Positions 46,238 to 55,182 of a stretch of 64,000 bases of DNA are shown here, one piece after another. Within the stretch, counting starts at the first letter, position 1. The number at the start of each line of letters is the position of its first letter. The notes beneath the pieces were generated by a model. That model did not search any database. It was not told the DNA's origin and saw nothing but the letters and a program-made list of their open reading frames with translations. The translations under genes were made by a program, and so were the position numbers. The stretch spans positions 26,599 to 90,598 of the forward strand of contig CAKSLU010000001.1 of the NCBI GenBank assembly GCA_934474225.1. The letters run 5' to 3'. The stretch comes from an uncultured Eubacteriales bacterium. Lineage in GTDB: Bacteria > Bacillota > Clostridia > Oscillospirales > CAG-272.

Positions 46238-48758
46238 TCTTGGTACCGGCAGGGTCGGACATGGAATTCATACCGTTGACCCGATAGAAGCAGAGTTTGC
46301 CGTCGTTGATTTCGATTTGCGTGTTGCCGGTTACGGTGCCGCTGTAGCAACCGCCGAAGATGTTGCCGTTGATATCGCCGCCGTCAAAGCGGATGTATGT
46401 ACTGCCGTCCAGCCCGTTTGCAAAGCTGCCGCCGTAGAGCGAAAAATAGACATAGGCATTGCCGGATATGCGGACATCGGTGTCACCCTTCGTCGTCACA
46501 TTTTTGTTGCGTGAACCACCGAACACATTGGCGGTGATGCTGCAATTCTCTTTTAATGTAAGATGGGTATTGCCGTTGAAGCTGACCGCATTGTTCAGGT
46601 CGCCGAGCGTGCCGCCGACAACGCCTTGCACGCTGCTGCTGTAGACAACGGCGGCGTCTCCGCCGACGCTGAGATGCGTGTCGCCGGTGAAATCTCCGTT
46701 GAAACTGCCGCCGACGATGGCATTGTCAAAGGTGCCGCCGCTGATGTCTACATAGGTGTTGCCGGTGAAACTGCCGTAGTAGTTTCCGCCGAAGACATTG
46801 CGGAAATAGCCGCTTCGGATGGTGATGTGTGTGTCGCCGACAAAGGCAGAGGAATAATTGCCGCCGACGATTGATAAAAACTGCGATGCCGTATAGTTCA
46901 GACAGACCACGCCGCTGTCCATGGCAAGCGCATGTCCGGCTGCAATCAGATAGAGGTTGCCGGAGGCTGTCTTGTTCAGCGTGATGTCGCGGAAAGTTGT
47001 GTCACCGCCCAGTGTCAGATTGCCGCCGATGTTCAGCGTTGCGTCGTTTTCGGCGCGGATGACGACTGCGGCGGTCTTCGGCAGGACGGTCGCTGCCTGA
47101 ATATCAGTGTCGCCGCAGAGAATCACTTCGCCGCCGCCCGGCATCTCCGCGAGTGCTGCGGAAAGGGAGGCGTATGCCCCCGCGGTTTTACCTGTGCCGT
47201 CCACATAGACGGTGCGCGGCTCCGCTGCCTCCGTTTTCTGCTGCGTATAGGTGCCGCCGTTCAGCACGGCTTCATAGCCTTCGTCGACAAGCAGCGTCGG
47301 CACCTCCTTGAATGTTCCGGCGCTGACCGATGCGCCGCCGCGCAAATCGACCGTGAGACTACCTGTTCCGCTGAATGTACCTGTATAGTTGCCGGCGGAA
47401 AGCGTGCCGGTCACGACAGCATTTCGGATGGTGACGGCGGAATTACCGCTGAGCGTGCCCATATAGTTGCCGCCATATACGGCGCGCCAGGTGCCGCCGT
47501 TTACAGAGAGGCAGGTGTCGTAGTCAACCGCAGCATTGCCTGCACCGCCGAACAGCGCAAGGTTTGCAAGGCTACCGACCTTCGAGGTCGTAACGCCTTC
47601 GCCGATGGTCAGCGCATTACCTTGCGCGTAAATGTTGCCGCCGAACACGGTTGCTGCATTGCGCAGATCAATGTCGCGGAATTCCACCGCGCTTGTCAGT
47701 GTCAGCACGCGCGCAATCGACAGTACGGCATCGTTTTTGCCGACGACCGTTATCTTGTCCGATGCCTTTGCCAGCGTGACGCCTGCCGCAGTCGTGCCGA
47801 CGGTTGTGTCGCCAGTGACGGTCAGCGTGCCGCCGAAAGGCAGCGCCGCAAAAGCGGCTGCAAAGTCGGTGTATGCCCCTGCGGTTTTGCCGGTGCCGTC
47901 CACCGATACAAAAGGAACCGCATATACACCATCGGCGACGGTAACCGTATAGCCGTCCGCTGTGCGGGTCTCAGTTTTACCGGCGGCTGTACCGATGCGC
48001 ACGCAGCCGCCCGCGGTCAAATCCACGGTTGCGTCCGTTGAGAGCTTGGTTACGCTGCCGCCGGACAGCGTAACGCTGTAAGCCCCGCCGAAGTTTGCGG
48101 AAATTTTGACTTCCGGAATGCTGCCGCCCGCGACGGTTATCCGTGTGTCTGCCGTTGGCTTGCCGCTGCTCAGACTGCCGATGTTGACAGCGCCACCGAC
48201 AAGCGAGCCGCCCTCGATGCGGACATGCACCGTGCCGGTCTGTGTGCCGCTGTAGTTGGCCGTGAAAATGCCGCGCCAGGTGCCGCTTTTCACGACAATA
48301 CTGCCGTCCATGCAGGCGGCGTTTGCCGCACCGCCTGCAAACAGGGTCAGAAACCGCTTGGTTGCGGCATTCTGTGTGGTGGTAACGCCTTCGCCGATGG
48401 TCAGCGCATGTCCCCGGGCATAGATAAAGTCCAGATTTGCGGCCGCGCCGTTGGCGATTTTGATGTTTGCAAAGGTCGTGTTGCCGCCCAGCATCAGGGC
48501 GCGCCCGATGGTCAGGACAGCGCCGTTTTGCGCTGTGATGGTGACCCTTTTTGCAGGCAGCGTCAGCGCCGCGCCGGTCGGCGTGGCATAGTCAGTCGTC
48601 AGAATGACGGTACCGCCGTCGTCCACGGCGGCGACGGCGTCCGCCAGCGTTGAATAGGTCGTGCCGTCGAGGTAAACGGTGTCCGCCGCGAGTGCGGACG
48701 CCGTCAGCAGACAGGCGAACAGTACCAAAACGGAAAGCAGAAAAATCGGTTTCTTCAT
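46179..48758 (-). CDS. secreted protein with three ~270-aa beta-helix-like repeat modules; probably the 5' part of a frameshifted larger gene
   Basis: Signal peptide MKKPIFLLSVLVLFACLLTASALA after a GGGGGA SD. Three modules start at TVYLDGTTY, FVSVDGTGKTAG and TVYVDGTGKTAG. The last ~15 codons (YCADWRCIRAHFPPRRR) look like out-of-frame read-through. Confidence 0.7.
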   Translation of the reverse strand: MKKPIFLLSVLVLFACLLTASALAADTVYLDGTTYSTLADAVAAVDDGGTVILTTDYATPTGAALTLPAKRVTITAQNGAVLTIGRALMLGGNTTFANIKIANGAAANLDFIYARGHALTIGEGVTTTQNAATKRFLTLFAGGAANAACMDGSIVVKSGTWRGIFTANYSGTQTGTVHVRIEGGSLVGGAVNIGSLSSGKPTADTRITVAGGSIPEVKISANFGGAYSVTLSGGSVTKLSTDATVDLTAGGCVRIGTAAGKTETRTADGYTVTVADGVYAVPFVSVDGTGKTAGAYTDFAAAFAALPFGGTLTVTGDTTVGTTAAGVTLAKASDKITVVGKNDAVLSIARVLTLTSAVEFRDIDLRNAATVFGGNIYAQGNALTIGEGVTTSKVGSLANLALFGGAGNAAVDYDTCLSVNGGTWRAVYGGNYMGTLSGNSAVTIRNAVVTGTLSAGNYTGTFSGTGSLTVDLRGGASVSAGTFKEVPTLLVDEGYEAVLNGGTYTQQKTEAAEPRTVYVDGTGKTAGAYASLSAALAEMPGGGEVILCGDTDIQAATVLPKTAAVVIRAENDATLNIGGNLTLGGDTTFRDITLNKTASGNLYLIAAGHALAMDSGVVCLNYTASQFLSIVGGNYSSAFVGDTHITIRSGYFRNVFGGNYYGSFTGNTYVDISGGTFDNAIVGGSFNGDFTGDTHLSVGGDAAVVYSSSVQGVVGGTLGDLNNAVSFNGNTHLTLKENCSITANVFGGSRNKNVTTKGDTDVRISGNAYVYFSLYGGSFANGLDGSTYIRFDGGDINGNIFGGCYSGTVTGNTQIEINDGKLCFYRVNGMNSMSDPAGTKNVYCADWRCIRAHFPPRRR

Positions 48759-48857
48759 GCGGTTTTCCCCCTGATTCAGGATACTTCTATTGTATAATAG
48801 CCTGCATACTGCGACAAGGGAAAAAACGAATGTCAAAAAACGCAGGATTTCCACCCC

Positions 48858-48886
48858 TTGCAAATGCACATGCGGCATGGTAGAAT
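48858..48886 (+). promoter_or_regulatory. sigma-70-type promoter for the LuxR-type regulator gene
   Basis: TTGCAA (48858-48863), 17-nt spacer, TGnTAGAAT (48878-48886). Confidence 0.55.
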
Positions 48887-48907
48887 AACAGAAAGGAGGG
48901 GAGCCGC

Positions 48908-50041
48908 ATGCCGATTTTTATCTCCTGCTCGAAAGCGCTTGCGCGCGCCTGCTGGGGGCGCGAAAAGTTGGAGAGCATTGCCGCCGAAGCGGCGAAAAAA
49001 CGCATCAAATGCTATTTTGTAGCCTCTCGTGCGGAGCTTGTCGCACATGAGGCGGCGTACCTTGCCGAACCGTCGTCGCTCGTCATCATCCCGGGCAGCG
49101 AGCGGGAGCTGCTGGACAGCCGCGCGGAATTTGCCGGTCTGCCGCTGCATGTTATTGTGTTTGCGCATCATTACCACGACATGTTTGAAAGTGAGTTTTC
49201 CTATGTCATGAGCGATTTGTCCGATGCCATGCAGTGCGCCATACGGCATTTGCAGAGTAGAAAGTGCACATCCCCCGCGCTGTTTGCCGTGGCGAAACAA
49301 AGCTATCACGATGCCTGCCGCGAGGAAACCTTTCGCCGCTTTTCCGATACGGAGACGCCGCGCGTCTTTCATTTTTCGGGTAAGCTGCCGGACACGACAA
49401 AAGCGCTTTTGCAAACGCGCGAGCCGATTGATGCATTGCTCTGCGTCAACGATTTATTCGCCCTTGCCCTCATGCCGCTTCTCTCTGCGCTGGATCCCGC
49501 ATGGAATCGGAAAATGCTGCTGCTCGGCTTCTCGGACACCATTGTCGGCGCATTGCACCGCCCGTCGTTGACCTCATTGACGCTTGGCTATGCGGCAGGG
49601 GGCAGAGAAGTGGTGCACATCCATCGTTCCATTCCGAAAAACGAGCAACTTGCCTGCATGCATGCGGTAATGAAAAGTGTGCTGGTGGCGCGGGATACCA
49701 CGGCGGCGGACGCGCCGTGCGGTATCCGCTTTGCGGACTATCCGAGGCTGTCCGACAGTCAGCTTGCAGAACTTCTCGGCTCCTATAACGACCTGATGCA
49801 TCTGGAGAATCTGCTGCATACCTGCGACAGCATCGATTATCGTTTAATCGCGGCGCTGCTCGAAGGCAGCTCACAGAGCGAGACGGCGGAACAGTTGTTC
49901 CTGACCACGGACAGCATCAAGTATCGCGTGCGCAAGATGCGCCGCCTGCTCGGGTGCGAAAGCACGCAGGCGCTGACCGCATTCCTGCGTACATGGATTG
50001 ACAAAGCAAATTTGCAAAAGCGCATGGAAGCGATATTGTAA
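48908..50041 (+). CDS. transcriptional regulator: LacI-like periplasmic-binding-fold sensor + C-terminal LuxR/GerE HTH
   Basis: The C-terminus LIAALLEGSSQSETAEQLFLTTDSIKYRVRKMRRLLG is a LuxR_C HTH. The N-terminal ~300 aa resemble the sugar-binding core of LacI/GalR (DALLCVNDLFALAL...LLGFSD) but have no N-terminal HTH. Confidence 0.65.
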   Translation: MPIFISCSKALARACWGREKLESIAAEAAKKRIKCYFVASRAELVAHEAAYLAEPSSLVIIPGSERELLDSRAEFAGLPLHVIVFAHHYHDMFESEFSYVMSDLSDAMQCAIRHLQSRKCTSPALFAVAKQSYHDACREETFRRFSDTETPRVFHFSGKLPDTTKALLQTREPIDALLCVNDLFALALMPLLSALDPAWNRKMLLLGFSDTIVGALHRPSLTSLTLGYAAGGREVVHIHRSIPKNEQLACMHAVMKSVLVARDTTAADAPCGIRFADYPRLSDSQLAELLGSYNDLMHLENLLHTCDSIDYRLIAALLEGSSQSETAEQLFLTTDSIKYRVRKMRRLLGCESTQALTAFLRTWIDKANLQKRMEAIL

Positions 50042-50047
50042 CCCGAA

Positions 50048-50087
50048 CAAAAAAGCACCGAATCCCATGTGGGATTCGGTGCTTTTG
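50048..50087. terminator. bidirectional intrinsic terminator
   Basis: A6 GCACCGAATCCC atgt GGGATTCGGTGC TTTT, between convergent genes. Confidence 0.85.
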
Positions 50088-50096
50088 ATTATGCTT

Positions 50097-51494
50097 TTAC
50101 GCCATGTGGATGCCGAGGGCAGGGTCGCCGTTCTTGCCGTCGAGACCGTAAAGTTTTGCTTTGCGCTCCTCAAAGAACTTGGTTGCAACCTGTTCAAACA
50201 GCGCGTAGGTGAGGATATCTTCCTCCTGCTCCATATAGGGCTTGACCTTTTCGCGCAGCGTTGCCAGCTCCGGCTTGATTTTGTCTGCCGGACGGCAGGT
50301 GATCGGCTTCTCGTCGCCGAGAATCTGCTTCTTGAACTTATCGCTGATCGGCGCGGGCGTCTTGCCGTAGTCGCCGTGAACGATGCCCTTGAATTCCTTG
50401 GTGACGATTTTGTAGCGCTCACCCGAAATAACATTGAAGACCGCCTGCGTACCGACGATCTGCGAGGTCGGGGTGACCAGCGGCGGGTAACCTGCGTCTG
50501 CGCGGACGCGCGGCACTTCTGCCAGCACTTCGTCGAGTTTGTCCAGCTTGCCTGCCTGCTTCAGCTGCGAAACAAGGTTGGAGAGCATGCCGCCGGGAAC
50601 TTGATAACGCAGGGCATTGACATCGACCTTCAGCACCTTCGGGTTGATGAGGCCGCTTTCCAGCCACTTCTCGCGGATGCCGCTGAAGTAGCTCGAAACG
50701 ACATTCAGCTTCTCAAGGTCAAGACCCGTGTCGTATTCCGTGCCTGCAAGGGCAGCGACGATAGGCTCCGTGGGGGGCTGCGATGTGCCCATCGCAAGCG
50801 GCGAGGTTGCCGTGTCAATAATGTCCACGCCTGCCTCGATTGCCTTGAGCGTGGTCATGGAAGCGAGACCGGCAGTGTAGTGCGTGTGCAGTTCAATCGG
50901 CACCTTGACGCTGGACTTCAATTCTTTCACAAGGTCGTATGCGTCATAGGGTTTGAGCAGACCGGACATATCCTTGATGCAGATGGAGTCCGCACCCATC
51001 TCCTCAAACTGCTTTGCCAGGGCAGCAAAGTACTCGTTGTTGTGTACCGGGCTTGTGGTATAGCTGAATGCAACCTGCACATGCCCCTTTTCCTTCTTGG
51101 TCGCGTCAATCGCGGTCTTCAGGTTGCGGGGGTCGTTCAGTGCATCAAAGATGCGGATGATGTCGATGCCGTTGGCAACCGACTTCTGCACGAAGTACTC
51201 GACAACATCGTCCGCATAGTGGCGGTAGCCGAGGATGTTCTGACCGCGGAACAGCATCTGCAGCTTCGTGTTCTTGACATGGTCACGGATGGTGCGCAGA
51301 CGATCCCACGGGTCTTCATTCAGGAATCGGAGGCAGGCGTCAAAGGTTGCGCCGCCCCATGCTTCAAGCGCATTGTAACCGACTGCGTCCAACGCCTCCA
51401 GAATGGGGAGCATTTCCTCAGTGGTCATTCTCGTTGCCGCGAGCGACTGGTGCGCATCGCGGAGAACGGTTTCTGTAATCTTTACTTTTGCCAT
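50097..51494 (-). CDS. oxaloacetate decarboxylase alpha / transcarboxylase 5S-type carboxyltransferase (no biotin domain)
   Basis: ITETVLRDAHQSL, MLFRGQNILGY, KDMSGLL (carbamyl-lysine region), ELHTHYT metal site. At 465 aa it ends before any BCCP domain. Confidence 0.85.
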   Translation of the reverse strand: MAKVKITETVLRDAHQSLAATRMTTEEMLPILEALDAVGYNALEAWGGATFDACLRFLNEDPWDRLRTIRDHVKNTKLQMLFRGQNILGYRHYADDVVEYFVQKSVANGIDIIRIFDALNDPRNLKTAIDATKKEKGHVQVAFSYTTSPVHNNEYFAALAKQFEEMGADSICIKDMSGLLKPYDAYDLVKELKSSVKVPIELHTHYTAGLASMTTLKAIEAGVDIIDTATSPLAMGTSQPPTEPIVAALAGTEYDTGLDLEKLNVVSSYFSGIREKWLESGLINPKVLKVDVNALRYQVPGGMLSNLVSQLKQAGKLDKLDEVLAEVPRVRADAGYPPLVTPTSQIVGTQAVFNVISGERYKIVTKEFKGIVHGDYGKTPAPISDKFKKQILGDEKPITCRPADKIKPELATLREKVKPYMEQEEDILTYALFEQVATKFFEERKAKLYGLDGKNGDPALGIHMA

Positions 51495-51513
51495 TGCAAA
51501 TTATCCCCTTTTA

Positions 51514-52689
51514 TTATTTGAAGAATTGCAGGAAAATGCCTGCCGCGACAGCCGAACCGATAACGCCGGCGACATTCGGACCCATAGCGTGCATGAGCAG
51601 GAAGTTTGCGGGATTCTCCTGCTGACCGACGGTGTTGCTGACGCGCGCTGCCATCGGGACTGCGCTGACGCCTGCCGAACCAATCAGCGGGTTGATCTTG
51701 CCGCCCGTCAGCCAGTACATCAGCTTGCCGAACAGCAGACCGCCGCAGGTTGCAAAGCAGAAGGCGCAGAGGCCGAGGACGATGATGAAGACGGTGTCCT
51801 TGGACAGGAATGTTGCCGCATCCGCGGTTGCGCCGACCGAAACGCCGAGGAAGATGGTCAGGATGTTGCAGAGTTCATTCTGCGCCGTCTTGGAGAGACG
51901 CTCGGTCACGCCGCAGACATTGAACAGGTTGCCCAGCATCAGGAAGCCGACCAGCGGCGCTGCATCGGGAACGAGCAGGACGACCAGAAGCGTGACCACG
52001 ATCGGGAAGACGACCTTCTCAACCTTGGAGACGGGGCGCAGGTTGGCCATGACGACCGAGCGCTCCTTCTTGGTGGTCAGCAGCTTCATGAAGGGCGGCT
52101 GAATGATCGGAATCAGCGCCATGTAAGAGTATGCCGCAATTGCAATCGGGCCGAGCAGCTGCGGCGCCAGCGTCTTGGTGACGAGGATTGCCGTAGGGCC
52201 GTCCGCACCGCCGATGATGCCGATGGCAGCAGCAGCCTCAGGTGCAAACCCGAGCAGAAGCGCACCGAAGAATGCGGCGAACACGCCGAACTGTGCGGCA
52301 GCGCCGAGCAGCAGGCTCTTCGGATTGGCAATCAGGGGAGAGAAGTCGGTCATTGCGCCGACGCCGAGGAAAATCAGCGACGGATAAATACCGAGCTTGA
52401 CGCCGAGATACAGAATATCAACGAGACCGCCATGCAGAATTTCGGAATAATTCAGCTCCTCACGCAGGAAGTATTCCATGTGGAACAGCTCTGCGCCGGG
52501 GAGGTTGGCAAGCAGCATACCGAACGCAATCGGGAGTAAGAGCAGCGGCTCATACTTTTTGCCGATGGCAAGGTAAATCAGCACGCCGATGATGACATAC
52601 ATCAAAAGCGTTTTGCCCGCCAGTACAGGATCTTCGATAAAGTCGTATATTCCGGTCGACTTTGCGAAGCTGATTAAGACTTCAAGCAT
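51514..52689 (-). CDS. Na+-translocating decarboxylase beta subunit (OadB/MmdB/GcdB family)
   Basis: Polytopic membrane protein with EPLLLLPIAFGMLLANLP and GAADGPTAI... motifs of the beta subunit family. Confidence 0.88.
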   Translation of the reverse strand: MLEVLISFAKSTGIYDFIEDPVLAGKTLLMYVIIGVLIYLAIGKKYEPLLLLPIAFGMLLANLPGAELFHMEYFLREELNYSEILHGGLVDILYLGVKLGIYPSLIFLGVGAMTDFSPLIANPKSLLLGAAAQFGVFAAFFGALLLGFAPEAAAAIGIIGGADGPTAILVTKTLAPQLLGPIAIAAYSYMALIPIIQPPFMKLLTTKKERSVVMANLRPVSKVEKVVFPIVVTLLVVLLVPDAAPLVGFLMLGNLFNVCGVTERLSKTAQNELCNILTIFLGVSVGATADAATFLSKDTVFIIVLGLCAFCFATCGGLLFGKLMYWLTGGKINPLIGSAGVSAVPMAARVSNTVGQQENPANFLLMHAMGPNVAGVIGSAVAAGIFLQFFK

Positions 52690-52710
52690 TGTTTAACCAA
52701 CTTTCCCGCC

Positions 52711-53112
52711 TTATTTCAGCGTTACAAGAATGTCGCCGCTCTGGACGGTTGCGCCGGTCGTGACGTTGACCGATGCGACAACGCCGTCAGCGGGTGCGGG
52801 AATGTCGTTCTCCATCTTCATGGCTTCCAGGACGCAGACGGCGTCGCCGGACTTCACAGTCTGACCGACTGCAACATTGATTTTGAGAATCGTGCCGGGC
52901 ATCGGCGCTGCAACCTTGGTTGCGCCCTGGGCGCCTGCGGGTGCTGCCGCGGGAGCCGGAGCTGCCTTGGGGGCTGCTGCCGGAGCCGCTGCGGGAGCGG
53001 GTGCTGCTGCGGGTGCAGCAGGAGCAACAGGGGCGACGGTCGAAACTGCGCCGACCTCTTCAACCGTGACTTCGTATGCCGTGCCGTTGACGGTGATATT
53101 ATACTGTTTCAT
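52711..53112 (-). CDS. biotin carboxyl carrier protein (decarboxylase gamma / 1.3S-type)
   Basis: Ala/Pro-rich linker and the C-terminal [15 protein letters not shown] biotinyl-lysine motif. ATG 53112 follows AAGGAG. Confidence 0.88.
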   Translation of the reverse strand: MKQYNITVNGTAYEVTVEEVGAVSTVAPVAPAAPAAAPAPAAAPAAAPKAAPAPAAAPAGAQGATKVAAPMPGTILKINVAVGQTVKSGDAVCVLEAMKMENDIPAPADGVVASVNVTTGATVQSGDILVTLK

Positions 53113-53139
53113 TTTTTTATTCTCCTTAAATCTCAAAAC

Positions 53140-53508
53140 TTATTTGCCGGATGAAAAACGATTGTTTGCGCGCTTGAACGAAACCACGCGGAAAGACGAC
53201 GGCGATGTGCCGCTTGCCGCTGCGACCGCTGCGGTAATCACGGCGACAATCTCAAGGTCGTCCGCAGGAGCGGACACCGCAGGGGCAGGCGTCGCTGCGG
53301 GCATCTCGACGGGCGCTTCCGCTTTCTTTTTCTTCTTGTTGCCGGAGAACCCGGTGAGGAGCAGATGCATCAGCTCGACCAGCCCCCACAGAATCGCGAG
53401 GACGGCAAACACCGTGCCCATGCCGAGCAGTGAAACCTGGCCGCCGAGCAAGAGCTTGTCGCCGAGCGCCATTTCGGTCTCCGCCGCTGCCAAATAAAAA
53501 CTAAACAT
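53140..53508 (-). CDS. OadG/MmdD-like small membrane subunit
   Basis: Single TM helix (GQVSLLGMGTVFAVLAILWGLVELM), a Lys-rich segment, and a C-terminal AVITAAVAAA motif as in OadG. ATG 53508 follows TAAGGAGG. Confidence 0.7.
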   Translation of the reverse strand: MFSFYLAAAETEMALGDKLLLGGQVSLLGMGTVFAVLAILWGLVELMHLLLTGFSGNKKKKKAEAPVEMPAATPAPAVSAPADDLEIVAVITAAVAAASGTSPSSFRVVSFKRANNRFSSGK

Positions 53509-53519
53509 CGTCTGCCTCC

Positions 53520-54980
53520 TTACAGGGGAAGATTTGCGTGCTTGCGCGCAGGCGCGCCGCCGCACTTGGAGGCGAGCATGGAGAGCGCCGCACAGATGCG
53601 CATGCGCACTTCGGATGCCGCAATGACATCGTCAATTTCGCCGTGGACGGCAGCCTTGACCGGTGCTGCATTTTCGGCAGCCCACTCGGCTTCCAGCTCG
53701 TCGCGGCTCTTCTTGGCGACCTTTTCGTTTTCGAGGAAGGCAACTGCCGCCTTCGGGCTGAGAATGCTGATTTTTGCGGTGTCCAGTGCAAACGCGATGT
53801 CCGCGCCGACCGACTTCGAGCCCATCAGCACAAATGCGTTGCCGTAAGCTCTGCCGAGAACGACGGTGACCTTTGCGGTCTCGGCGGTCGAATATGCATA
53901 GGCGAGCTTTGCAAGCTCTGCCGCATAGGGTGCGTTTTCGTAGCTGTCGCTTGCCGTGACGCCCTCGCTGTCGACCAGCGTGACGACCGGGATGCCGAAT
54001 GCGTCACACATCGACACGAATTTCGCCAGCTTTCTTGCGGCGTTCGGCGTCAGTCTGCCGCCGTTCTCCTTCGGCTGATTTGCGACGATGCCGCAGACCG
54101 TGCCGCCGACGGATGCCAGAGCGGAAACAGCCTCGGGCGCATAGTTTTCGGAAAGCTCCAGGTAGCGGCCGCCGTCGCAGACAGTAGCAAGCACAGCTTT
54201 CATATCATAGTCGCCGTCGGCAAACGCGAGGTCTACCGTGCGGTTTAAGTCATCCGTGCAAAGCTCGGTGACGGTGCCTTCCATGTTGTTCTGGGGCAGG
54301 TAATTGATGATGGCGCGGATACCGCCGAGCGCCTCCGCATCGGTGGCGTACAGCTTGGTGACCAGTCCGTTTGCAAAGCTGCGGTCTGCCGTGCCTGCGT
54401 CCTTCGCCTTCAGCGTAGAAATCGGGGAGACATAGAGACTTGCCTTGTCCTTGACGGCAACGGTGATGTCAAACATCGAGGCGATGACCGCCGCGCTGCC
54501 TGCACAGACGCCGTTGATATAGGCAATCTGCGGGATGATGCCGGATGCATCCGAAACCGCGCGCATGACCTTGCCGTATGCGCCGAGCGCATCTACGCCC
54601 TCGCTGAGTACAGCGCCTGCGCTGTTGAATACGCCGATGACCGGCGCGCCGTTCTTGACGGCGAGCGCATAGAGGTCGCAGATCTTCTTTGCCTGTACCT
54701 CGTCAAACGCACCTTTCATTCTGTAGAAATCCTGTGCGAACACGAAAACGAGGCGGGCGTCAATCGCGCCGTAGCCGCAAATCACGCCTTCGTAGTCCCG
54801 CTCGTCAAAATCGCGTTTGACATAAGCACCGATTTCGACGAAGGTGCCTTCGTCCAGGACGGAGGCAATCGTCTGCCGTGCGCTGAGCGCCTTGTCCTTT
54901 GCAGCGGCAGATGCGCTTTGCGCGTCCTTCTTGGCAAGCTCCGCTTTGAGCTCGGCTGCCGTCTTTGCTGTATTGTCCAT
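53520..54980 (-). CDS. acyl-CoA carboxyltransferase-like subunit (MmdA/GcdA/12S family, divergent)
   Basis: Two crotonase-like halves: VFVFAQDF..., PVIGVFNSAGAVLSEG, GIVANQP...GRLTPNAARKLAKFVSMCDAFGIPVVTLVDSEG. The usual GGS.GE and DSGGAR glycines are replaced. Confidence 0.75.
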   Translation of the reverse strand: MDNTAKTAAELKAELAKKDAQSASAAAKDKALSARQTIASVLDEGTFVEIGAYVKRDFDERDYEGVICGYGAIDARLVFVFAQDFYRMKGAFDEVQAKKICDLYALAVKNGAPVIGVFNSAGAVLSEGVDALGAYGKVMRAVSDASGIIPQIAYINGVCAGSAAVIASMFDITVAVKDKASLYVSPISTLKAKDAGTADRSFANGLVTKLYATDAEALGGIRAIINYLPQNNMEGTVTELCTDDLNRTVDLAFADGDYDMKAVLATVCDGGRYLELSENYAPEAVSALASVGGTVCGIVANQPKENGGRLTPNAARKLAKFVSMCDAFGIPVVTLVDSEGVTASDSYENAPYAAELAKLAYAYSTAETAKVTVVLGRAYGNAFVLMGSKSVGADIAFALDTAKISILSPKAAVAFLENEKVAKKSRDELEAEWAAENAAPVKAAVHGEIDDVIAASEVRMRICAALSMLASKCGGAPARKHANLPL

Positions 54981-55086
54981 TGTAAACCTCCGTTTACTTA
55001 AAATTTTGCTCTCTAATTATTATGGAGAAGAAAAGTATGTATAATACGCAAAAATCGTGCCGAAATACCTTTCTAACCCATTATAT

Positions 55087-55115
55087 ACTATACCACATTC
55101 AAAATCGATTTTCAA
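55087..55115 (-). promoter_or_regulatory. sigma-70-type promoter for the decarboxylase cluster
   Basis: Minus strand: TTGAAA (55115-55110), 17-nt spacer, TGnTATAGT (55095-55087). Confidence 0.55.
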
Positions 55116-55182
55116 TCAAAAAAAGTGTTAAATTATTATCAACTTTATAGAAATTTTTCACACAGTTTTATGAAGTTTCACG

